Positions 54,831 to 63,241 of a stretch of DNA of 64,000 nt are shown here, piece after piece. A model generated the notes under the pieces. The model was not told where the DNA came from and did not search any database. It saw nothing but the letters and a program-made list of their open reading frames with translations. Source of the DNA: Candidatus Aenigmatarchaeota archaeon. GTDB lineage: Archaea; Aenigmatarchaeota; Aenigmatarchaeia; CG10238-14; SpSt-28. The stretch's first letter is position 1. Every line of letters begins with the position of its first letter. The stretch covers positions 2,345 through 66,344 of the forward strand of contig JAWBMD010000004.1 of the NCBI GenBank assembly GCA_039000985.1, given 5' to 3'. Both the position numbers and the translations under genes were made by a program.

Positions 54831-56355
54831 AATTTTTTAACGAGTTTGGCATTTTTTTAATAATTTTCTTTATTTCCAATGGCCATTCTTTAAAATCAAA
54901 ACCATGTCTTATTAAAAAAACGTAAGCAAACCTTGTTATGCCTAAACCAGTACAACCAGTCCAAACAATTCTATTTTTTCTTTCTTTGTATTTAAACCTT
55001 TCTGCATAAAAGTCTTTGTGTATATGGAATGAAGCTATCTCAAGCTCCTTCTCTTTCCTACTCAAAGTTTCGAAAGGTAGTAAAATTGATAGATCATATG
55101 TTTTAACAAATTCCTCTTTTTCTTCTTCAACTTTACCAGAATGTTCTAAATAAATAGGAATTGTTTTCTCTATTTTCCATTCTAAATCAAATATTTTATC
55201 AACTATTTCAACAGTTCTATTTAAAATTTCATCCCTAGTATCTTTCACAAATTCTGGTGAACCTAAATACATCAATTCCATTCTATAAAATTCGTCTAAT
55301 CTTTCTAACCCTCTAACACCACCAAATTCTGCTCTCCATGTTGGTCCAAACCTATCGAAAAATCTTAATGGTTTATCTATATCAACAACTTTTTTTTCAA
55401 ATAGCTGATAAAATCCTTCACATTGAGCATAAGCTAAACCGGCAATTGGTTTATCTAATTTATTTTTTAAAATTTCAGTTGGTATTTCTTGAGTTATTTC
55501 AACATAATCTATAAAATCATCGAAGTACTCACTTTCTCTAGAAAATGGTGGACAAACCCAAAATATCTCATTTGGAATAGCTAAATGTCCCTTTTTATAT
55601 TCTGTATCAAAAGGTATTAACCTTGGTAACAATATTTCTTCAAACTTCATTGGCTTTATAACTTTTTTAATTATAAGAGCCTCTATTGCTCTTATTAAAG
55701 AAGCGATAGGTGGAGAAAATCCCCAAATACCAGATAATGAAAATTTCTTTGCCCAGCCAATTTCTTCTAAAATTTCAGATATATCTTTTTTCATTACATA
55801 CTTCTCTATTCTCTTCTCGCTTCTTTTAATCTCTTGAGTCAATCCAGCTTTTCCATGAACATATTGTTTAGCTATTTTTTCTTCAATTCTTTTTAAAATT
55901 CTTTCTACATATCTATCTTCAAAACACTTTGCATCCAAATTTTCTAATACTATTTTAAATGCTTTACCATCAAAATCAATATTTTTTACCCAAGGTACTT
56001 TTATCTCAATTTTATCTAATGGTTTTCTAGTAGGAGTATAAAAAATTGTATATTTTTTACCAAAAATACCTCTAACACCAATTCTTTCTTTTCCTAATTT
56101 TTCAATAAAATAATTTCTTAATCTTAATAATGCATCATGTGGTCTTAAATAGCTACTACCTTCTATCAATAAATTTAACTTATTACTCACAATACTCCAA
56201 TCAATAATTCGGGAACCTTCTTTATCTTCAGGCACTCCTTTTCTAAATAATACAGGATTTACTTCTTTAGCTACTAATATTGGAAATTTCTCTTTTAAAA
56301 TATTTTCTATTGGTACATTAAACTCTATCGAGCATTCCAAATTAAAATCTGCCAT
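54817..56355 (-). CDS. serS: Seryl-tRNA synthetase, methanogen-type (atypical SerRS)
   Basis: By-eye match to my recollection of M. barkeri SerRS: YLRPHDALLRLRNYFIEKLGKERIGVRGI, FWVCPPFSRESEYF, AGLAYAQCEGFY, FDRFGPTWRAEFGGVRGLERLDEFYRME, WTGCTGLGITRFA. Confidence 0.8.
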   Translation of the reverse strand: MADFNLECSIEFNVPIENILKEKFPILVAKEVNPVLFRKGVPEDKEGSRIIDWSIVSNKLNLLIEGSSYLRPHDALLRLRNYFIEKLGKERIGVRGIFGKKYTIFYTPTRKPLDKIEIKVPWVKNIDFDGKAFKIVLENLDAKCFEDRYVERILKRIEEKIAKQYVHGKAGLTQEIKRSEKRIEKYVMKKDISEILEEIGWAKKFSLSGIWGFSPPIASLIRAIEALIIKKVIKPMKFEEILLPRLIPFDTEYKKGHLAIPNEIFWVCPPFSRESEYFDDFIDYVEITQEIPTEILKNKLDKPIAGLAYAQCEGFYQLFEKKVVDIDKPLRFFDRFGPTWRAEFGGVRGLERLDEFYRMELMYLGSPEFVKDTRDEILNRTVEIVDKIFDLEWKIEKTIPIYLEHSGKVEEEKEEFVKTYDLSILLPFETLSRKEKELEIASFHIHKDFYAERFKYKERKNRIVWTGCTGLGITRFAYVFLIRHGFDFKEWPLEIKKIIKKMPNSLKNFIVE

Positions 56356-56382
56356 AAATTAAATCCAAAATCAAATAAATTT

Positions 56383-58272
56383 ATGTCTGCTTTTTATGAA
56401 AAAACATGTAATTACCTAGGTAAATTTCTAAAATTAAGGTTTGGTGAGGAAACTGAAAAAAAACTAGACGCTGTTCTTAGTTTTTGCGGATTCGAAACAA
56501 ACAGTATAAATGTTTTGAATGCCACAGTTTTAATAGCATTATTAACAATAGCTATAGCGACAATATTTTTTCTATTAAAATTAACTATTTTTGGCTTATT
56601 TTTGATTTTAATAGGTTCTTCACTCTCCCTTTACCTACTTTACTACCCATACATATTATCAAAATATGTAAGAATAACATCTTCTCCTGATTTAATACTT
56701 ACAATTCTATATATGATTATTTCACTAAAAGTTATCCCAAATTTGGAAAATGCGGTTAAATTTGCATCTGAAAATGTAAAAGGTTATATAGGTAAGCAAC
56801 TCAGAAAACTATTTTATGATCTTCGAATAGGTATATATAAAAATGCGGATGAAGCTCTTGAAAAATTTTCAAATTTCTGGAAAATTGAAAATGAAGAATT
56901 TTATGATGCAATAGAAACTATAAGAGCCGCTATGTATAAATCTGAAATCGAAAGAAACAAAATATTTGAAGAATTAGTTGATACATTACTTGAGAGGAAT
57001 ACCGACAGAATGAAAATATATGCACAAAACTTGAAAATAACAATAACAATAATAACATACATGGGAATTGTATTACCGGTATTAGTTACTATAATGATGC
57101 CCATTCTTGTCTCTTTCTTGCAAACCGGAATTAATCCAATTTACATAGCAATTTTATACAATGTTGTTATACCATTAACAATTCTAATACTAACTAATAT
57201 TTACCTAAAATCATTCCCAACATTTTTATCTGAAATAAATTTCGAGGAAATTGGTGGAAATAAAATTGGGTATTTGGATATTAAAAAAGTAAGCATACCA
57301 ATTTTTCCATTCTCTATATTGATTGCACTAATTTTCTTTTACATTGGATATAATATAATTTCCAATAATAGAGAGTCGGGAATTATGAGATTGATTGGAT
57401 CTGAAATAATAATTTTTGGTATTGCCTTATCAATAATAATTTATTCTTTCATTTCTCATTACAAAAATTCTAAAATAAGAGATAGAATTGTTAAAATTGA
57501 AGAAGAATTCCCAACAGCTTTATATAATTTAGGTAACTTGTTAACACTTGGTTATTCGACAGAAAGCATAATACAAAAACTCAATGAAAAAATAAAAAAT
57601 CTTGAAATTCATGAGTTATTTGAAAAAGCATTATACAACATAAAAACATTTGGATTTAGTTTTCAAAAAGCATTGTTTGATAAAGAAATTGGTGCAATAA
57701 AGAGATTCAAATCTAGTTTAATAGAAAATACAATGAAAATAATTTCTGAAGCTATGAAAATGGGTGGTTTTGCAGTATCTCAATCAGTAATAACAATTTC
57801 AAATTACTTGAGAAGTGTGAAAAGGGTTGAAATGTTTTCTAAAGAAATTTTTGATGATATAACAAGCGAATTAAATATTTTACTACTTCTTTTAATACCA
57901 TTATTTTGTGGGATAATTGTTGGTGTTTCTGGTTTAATAACAGATATTATGGATATGTTGGGTAACTTTTTTGGTAAAATTGTTGGAACTGGAAATACAA
58001 CTATGCCAATTAGTGGAACAGCTTTTTTATCTTTTAAGTTTAAAAGTACTATGCCTGCTGAATATTTTTCACTAATATTTGGATTTTACATGATTGAAAT
58101 TTCTATCATTACAATCTTATTTCTTTCTTCATTAGAAGGTGGAAAAGATAAAATAAAAAAATATGAAAAGATGACTAAAATTTTATTTATTCAAATTGTT
58201 TTATTCATAGTTTCATCTTTTTTAGTTTATTCCTTATCTGCTTTTCTACCTTTTCAAACTATGTTAAGCTAA
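56383..58272 (+). CDS. FlaJ/TadC-like polytopic membrane protein (type IV pilus/archaellum platform, two T2SF-like domains)
   Basis: 629 aa with alternating TM clusters and soluble helical domains. Confidence 0.55.
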   Translation: MSAFYEKTCNYLGKFLKLRFGEETEKKLDAVLSFCGFETNSINVLNATVLIALLTIAIATIFFLLKLTIFGLFLILIGSSLSLYLLYYPYILSKYVRITSSPDLILTILYMIISLKVIPNLENAVKFASENVKGYIGKQLRKLFYDLRIGIYKNADEALEKFSNFWKIENEEFYDAIETIRAAMYKSEIERNKIFEELVDTLLERNTDRMKIYAQNLKITITIITYMGIVLPVLVTIMMPILVSFLQTGINPIYIAILYNVVIPLTILILTNIYLKSFPTFLSEINFEEIGGNKIGYLDIKKVSIPIFPFSILIALIFFYIGYNIISNNRESGIMRLIGSEIIIFGIALSIIIYSFISHYKNSKIRDRIVKIEEEFPTALYNLGNLLTLGYSTESIIQKLNEKIKNLEIHELFEKALYNIKTFGFSFQKALFDKEIGAIKRFKSSLIENTMKIISEAMKMGGFAVSQSVITISNYLRSVKRVEMFSKEIFDDITSELNILLLLLIPLFCGIIVGVSGLITDIMDMLGNFFGKIVGTGNTTMPISGTAFLSFKFKSTMPAEYFSLIFGFYMIEISIITILFLSSLEGGKDKIKKYEKMTKILFIQIVLFIVSSFLVYSLSAFLPFQTMLS

Positions 58273-58346
58273 AAAACTATTTAGTAAAAGCTTGCAAATA
58301 CAAATGTTCTTTGCTCTTACACATTAGAAAGCCAAATAAGATTTTT

Positions 58347-59000
58347 CTAACTATTTTTATCTGATAAAAGTATTGTAGTTCTAAAAATTTTTTTACCTCT
58401 TTTAAATCCAATCAATTTTTTTGTCAATTTTCTTTTCAATTCAAATTTTCCTATTAATAAATTAGAAACTCTGAAAAGATCCATTTCTTTAATAAATCCA
58501 AGATCGAAACCATTCGGGTAATACTCGGTAATAAAAAAAGAATTGTTCATGATTCCATTTAAAAAATCTAATATTTCATTCCATTTTTCAGACCTAACTT
58601 GTAAAACGGATAATCCCTTACCAACCATTATTTTAACACACTTTTCACACTTTATGTTTTTTAACTTTATTTTTAATTCAAAAATTCTTGATAATTTTAA
58701 TCCTTTAACTTTATCCTCTATTCTACAAAAAAACTTTCCATTTTCTACAATAAGCTCTGCATTTAAAAAATTTCTCTTAATTCTTTCTATAAATTTTAAC
58801 AAAACTGTTTCTATTGAATTTAATTTCTCTTTTTCATTTTCAAAATAAAAAGAATTGCAAACAACACAATGCTTTATTTTTACAATATTATCTATTTTTA
58901 TATCATCCTTATGCTTTTCCTCAAAGCATTTCTTGCATATATTTTCATATAATTTTTTAACTTCTTTCCCACATAATGGACAAAATTTGGATAGCTTCAA
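58347..59000 (-). CDS. NMD3-family protein (archaeal homolog)
   Basis: N-terminal Cys clusters CPLCG...CKKC...HCVVCNSFY. TTG start overlaps the uS14 stop (TTGA). Confidence 0.55.
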   Translation of the reverse strand: MKLSKFCPLCGKEVKKLYENICKKCFEEKHKDDIKIDNIVKIKHCVVCNSFYFENEKEKLNSIETVLLKFIERIKRNFLNAELIVENGKFFCRIEDKVKGLKLSRIFELKIKLKNIKCEKCVKIMVGKGLSVLQVRSEKWNEILDFLNGIMNNSFFITEYYPNGFDLGFIKEMDLFRVSNLLIGKFELKRKLTKKLIGFKRGKKIFRTTILLSDKNS

Positions 59001-59143
59001 TTATACTTTTTAAATCCTAAACTTTTTGCAACTGCTCTAAAACATTGCCTACAATAATATAAATCATATTTTCTAATAACAGCATCATTTCTACCACAAA
59101 TTCTACATTTAATAACACCTTTACCAAACTTATAACCCCTCAT
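58997..59143 (-). CDS. rps14: Ribosomal protein uS14 (Zn-binding type)
   Basis: Absent from the ORF track. The translation is MRGYKFGKGVIKCRICGRNDAVIRKYDLYYCRQCFRAVAKSLGFKKYN. Confidence 0.85.
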   Translation of the reverse strand: MRGYKFGKGVIKCRICGRNDAVIRKYDLYYCRQCFRAVAKSLGFKKYN

Positions 59144-59334
59144 TGACCAACATTACCCAATAAACTTAAAATATCAAAATCATTAATCTCTACAAAATCT
59201 TCAAAACAATAAAACAAATTTGAGACTTTGATAAATAAGTTTTCAATATCATTTATATTATTCATTCTAGTAGATGCTATTTGTATTACATCGATGAAAA
59301 ACATTACCCTTTCTTTAATATTTTCACTCAACAT
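59140..59334 (-). CDS. Hypothetical acidic 64-aa protein inserted between uL5 and uS14
   Basis: The ORF overlaps uL5 by 11 nt and shares an ATGA with uS14. No family recognised. Confidence 0.35.
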   Translation of the reverse strand: MLSENIKERVMFFIDVIQIASTRMNNINDIENLFIKVSNLFYCFEDFVEINDFDILSLLGNVGQ

Positions 59335-59815
59335 TTACATTAAATTTTGTTTTTAAAAAATTTATAGTTTCCTCTTTGGTTATCAAATGCTTTTTACCTA
59401 CTTTACTTCTTTTTACTCTTCTCAATTTCACTCTGTAACCGGGTCTTTTTAAGTTAACACAAACATCAAAACCAAGCATTCCTATATCATGCCTATATTT
59501 AATTCCAGTTATGTCTATGTATTCTTTAACTCCGAAAGAAAAATGGCCATTATTTATTTGTTCTTTTTTTAATATATTGTTAACAGCAGTTAAAGCTTTT
59601 TTCAAAAATTCTTCAGCTTCTTTTTTTCTTAAAGTAACTTTAACTCCAACTGGCTTATTTCTAGCTATTCCAAAAGTACTTCTTTTTCTTGATAGAGTAA
59701 CAATGGGTTTTCTTCCTGTTAAATATTCAATTAGTTTTTTACTTCTTTCTATTTTATCCAAATCTCCTCCACAACCAAAATTTAAAACTACTTTATCTAT
59801 CTTTATTTCCCTCAT
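59324..59815 (-). CDS. rpl5: Ribosomal protein uL5
   Basis: KIDKVVLNFGCGG...GVKVTLR...GMLGFDVCV. Confidence 0.9.
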   Translation of the reverse strand: MREIKIDKVVLNFGCGGDLDKIERSKKLIEYLTGRKPIVTLSRKRSTFGIARNKPVGVKVTLRKKEAEEFLKKALTAVNNILKKEQINNGHFSFGVKEYIDITGIKYRHDIGMLGFDVCVNLKRPGYRVKLRRVKRSKVGKKHLITKEETINFLKTKFNVNVE

Positions 59816-60483
59816 ATAGTAATTAAAGGCTTTTCTCTACCAACAACATAAATGTATTCTATTTTAGTGGAATATTCATTTCCATTTTCTGAAAAACTAA
59901 CTATTTTTGTTTTTTCATCAAAAGCTTTTACAATTCCCTTATCTCCACTTTTAGCAACAACATAACTACTTATCCCAAAATTTAAAACATCTAAAATTTT
60001 CAAGCTTGGAAGCTCTAATAGTAAAGATGAATGTGTCGATATTTTTTCATTATATATTAAATTTTTTCCATCATGTAGATTCAACTGAATATTACCATTT
60101 TTAACAACAGTTTTATTAACAACTTTGCAAATTTTTAAATTGCTTTCACTTTTATCTATTTCCTTTAAAATTAAACCATGATTATAAGGCACAATCCTAT
60201 AATATTTCTCAATTTTTTCTATAGCTAACGTATCAAAAAGCCCAACAGGATATCTAAAATTTTTAACAATTTTACCGTCAACTTTTACCTCTCCTTTTTT
60301 AATAATTTTTTCAGCCTCTTTTCCTATTTCAGCAAGCTTTAAAATATTCCTTAAAATTATCGCTAATGGAATGCATTCAAACTTTTTATGAAGTCCTGGA
60401 GATGGAGAATAAACCCAATGCTGCTCTTTTTTTGGTACTCTCCAAAACCATGGTGCTAAATAAGATTTTAACTTTCTAACCAT
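59812..60483 (-). CDS. rps4e: Ribosomal protein eS4
   Basis: LKSYLAPWFWRVPKK...SPSPGLH...VKVDGKIVKNFRYPVGLFD. Confidence 0.9.
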   Translation of the reverse strand: MVRKLKSYLAPWFWRVPKKEQHWVYSPSPGLHKKFECIPLAIILRNILKLAEIGKEAEKIIKKGEVKVDGKIVKNFRYPVGLFDTLAIEKIEKYYRIVPYNHGLILKEIDKSESNLKICKVVNKTVVKNGNIQLNLHDGKNLIYNEKISTHSSLLLELPSLKILDVLNFGISSYVVAKSGDKGIVKAFDEKTKIVSFSENGNEYSTKIEYIYVVGREKPLITI

Positions 60484-60824
60484 AATCTTTTTTTATCAGA
60501 AAGGTTTAAGTTTATTATTTTAACCTTTGAGGGATGAATGGGAACTAAGTATTCTGCACCAGTACTTTTTTTCTTTTTAATATTTTCTACATAAATTCTA
60601 TAATTTTTATAATCACACTTAATTACTTTTCCTCTAACTTTTCTAAATTCGCCTCTCATTATTTCAACTTCATCCCCCTTCCTTACTGGTAAACTTCTTC
60701 TTTTTAATTGTTCTCTTAATTCTTTTGACAATGTAGCACTCATCATTTTTCTCCTAAGATGCCATGGTGCATTATAAATAAATTTTCTCTGTTTTCTTGG
60801 TTTTTTTGATTTTGGTCTTTTCAT
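60468..60824 (-). CDS. rpl24: Ribosomal protein uL24
   Basis: KPRKQRKFIYNAPWHLRRK...LPVRKGDEVEIMRGEF. Confidence 0.9.
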   Translation of the reverse strand: MKRPKSKKPRKQRKFIYNAPWHLRRKMMSATLSKELREQLKRRSLPVRKGDEVEIMRGEFRKVRGKVIKCDYKNYRIYVENIKKKKSTGAEYLVPIHPSKVKIINLNLSDKKRLWLES

Positions 60825-60855
60825 AAAATACTTTAACTCAGTAAAGATTTAAATT

Positions 60856-62187
60856 CTATAAGCTATATAACTTCTCAATATATTGCTCCACTATTCTATC
60901 CCAAGAATACTTTTTTTCTAAATTTTTTCTATTTTCTAGAACATTTTCTCTAAGCATTTCTATATTCGATATTGCGAACTCGATTCCATCAACAACTGAA
61001 TTTAAATCCTTTATATCTACTAATATACCAGTTTTTTTGTTTTCAATAGTCTCTGGTAAACCCCCTGCATTTCCAACAATTACTGGAACGCCACATGCCT
61101 GTGCTTCAAGTGAAACCAATCCAAATGCCTCTTTAGCTGATGGAAAACATGCTAAAAATGCATTTCTTAGAATTGCAACTTTTTCGACTTCTGGAAGCAT
61201 ATGTGTATATATTTTTATTTTTTCCCTTTTTTCAATTGGTAATTTTTGATATTCTGTCATTACTTCATCATTGAAATATTTCAAACCCCCCATTAGACCA
61301 AAGATTGCTAATCCAATTTCCTTATCCGAAACCTTTCCATACGCATTTATTAGTTCCTTTACACCTTTTTCTTTTTCAATTCTACCAAAAAATACCATAT
61401 ATTTCCTAGGTTGAAGTCCATATCTCTTTAGTATTTCCTCATCAATTATCTTTTCTCCATGCAATGGTGGTCTGAAAACTTCTAAATCTACTCCATTTGG
61501 AATACAAACAACTTTTTCTTCTCTTAAATTGTAAGCATTTATAAGTAATTTTGCCTGATAATTTGAAACACCATGAACCTTATCTGCCAATTTACAACCT
61601 ATTTGCTCCCATTGTAATCTAGCATCATTTTTTATTTCCTCTTCACTTCTATCAGAGCTCATATGAACACTTAATACTGTCTTACTATCCGGAAGCTCTC
61701 TAATAGTTTTTATAACATAGATAAATTGTGCACCAAACCAATCATGCCCATGAATTATTGTGTTTTTTACATCATACAATTTTTTCTTCAAATTTTCATT
61801 AAAATCAAAAATATAGTTTAGTGTTGTAAAAATATAATCTAGATTTTTCACACATTCAGTTGGCTGATTTCTATAAAGAGTGTCGCAAGTAGATGTAACT
61901 CTCCCTCCTAAATGAGTACATGGTGGAATACTAAATACATCTACGTTTGGGACAGGCTTATAATGTGTAATATTTTCTAGTTTATAGTAATCTGTTGGAT
62001 AGATCCATCCAGGCTTTTCAGTAAAAACAGTTACATGATATCCGTATTTTGGTAATTTTTCGGATATCTCGGCGACTACTCTTCCTAGTCCGCCCCCCTT
62101 ATTTATATTCTCTATACGTCCTTCAACAATCATTCCTTTATTTTCTATCCACCAATATTGTGGAGAAAACATTATCACTTCCTTCAC
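60856..62187 (-). CDS. GT-B glycosyltransferase (glycogen-synthase-like)
   Basis: N-terminal GGGLGRVVAEISEKLPKYGYHVTVF and C-terminal EAFGLVSLEAQACGVPVI. Confidence 0.7.
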   Translation of the reverse strand: MKEVIMFSPQYWWIENKGMIVEGRIENINKGGGLGRVVAEISEKLPKYGYHVTVFTEKPGWIYPTDYYKLENITHYKPVPNVDVFSIPPCTHLGGRVTSTCDTLYRNQPTECVKNLDYIFTTLNYIFDFNENLKKKLYDVKNTIIHGHDWFGAQFIYVIKTIRELPDSKTVLSVHMSSDRSEEEIKNDARLQWEQIGCKLADKVHGVSNYQAKLLINAYNLREEKVVCIPNGVDLEVFRPPLHGEKIIDEEILKRYGLQPRKYMVFFGRIEKEKGVKELINAYGKVSDKEIGLAIFGLMGGLKYFNDEVMTEYQKLPIEKREKIKIYTHMLPEVEKVAILRNAFLACFPSAKEAFGLVSLEAQACGVPVIVGNAGGLPETIENKKTGILVDIKDLNSVVDGIEFAISNIEMLRENVLENRKNLEKKYSWDRIVEQYIEKLYSL

Positions 62188-62529
62188 AATAAAATAATTA
62201 AAAATAAAAAATTAATAAAAATAAATGCTTAATAAAATTACTATGTAAACTTGTATCTTAAGAATTTTTACCATCGATAAGAAAATATTTAGTAAAAAAG
62301 TATCAAGAGGGGTGAACTAAAAAGAAATAGAAAAAAACTTTAGGAATTTATCAATCTTTCATCTCACTATATTTAAACAATAAATGGATAAAAATTAAAA
62401 TAGAAAAAAGCTTTGAAAAATGAATTAGATAAATCGTGCTTTAATATATTAAGCAAAAAAACTTAATAAATTTGAAATGTGTAAAATTAAAAACTAATAG
62501 CTCCTCGCTTACGAAATGAATTAAAACTA

Positions 62530-62765
62530 AAGCTAAATGAAAAACTTGTAAAAGAAATTTCATTAATAAAAGGGTTGAAAATAATAAAGTAAAAACTATA
62601 CATGATGTAAGCTCTAGTTATATGGATGAAGAAAAAGTACTTTACCTCTCGTCTAGAGGAATGAATGAAAATGAAGCAAGATTTTTAATAGCTAAAGGGT
62701 TTCTTAAAAAAATGAAAAACGAAAATTTTGCTAATTTAAATCTTTCAAAACAAAAAATACCTTAA
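62530..62765 (+). pseudogene. C-terminal remnant of a SufB/SufD-family gene
   Basis: HDVSSSYMDEEKVLYLSSRGMNENEARFLIAKGF matches the SufB/D tail H-x7-DEE..FYL.SRGi...A..li..gF. There is an in-frame stop just upstream and no N-terminal body. Confidence 0.5.
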
Positions 62766-63241
62766 ACTTCATGAACTATATCGTTTAAATCTCTTCTTTT
62801 AGTTATATATGGCTTTTCAGCAAGATATCCTATTGGTTTGAGATTTTTTATTTTAAAAATTGATTTAACCATTTTTTCATCAAAAGCACTAATCCAACAA
62901 CAACCCAAACCTAATGATGTAGCTGCAAGCGTTGCAAAAGTACAAGCAATTATAGCATCTTGAATACAATATAAATCTCTTCCTCTTTCTCCATATCTTA
63001 TTTCTGAACGAAAAGAATTTGCACAAAAAACTAAAACTACTGGTGCTTCTTTTATAAAATCTTGAGAATAGGCTGCAAAAGCCAATTTTTCTTTACAACA
63101 AATATTTCATATGCTTGCAAATTTCCAGCTGAAGGTGCTAAATTCGTTAACTCTAATATTTTTTAATTTTTCCTCTTCTATTTCTTTTTGTAAAAATGCT
63201 CTTATCGAATGCCTATTTTTAACAACAGCTTCGAAATCCAT
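62762..63241 (-). pseudogene. Nitroreductase-family gene with two opposing frameshifts
   Basis: The N-terminus MDFEAVVKNRHSIRAF and the C-terminal 107 aa are in one frame. The conserved LAPSAGNLQAYEIFVV segment is in the +1 frame. The shifts sit at a T6 run (63159-63164) and a T5 run (63086-63090) on the + strand. Confidence 0.7.
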
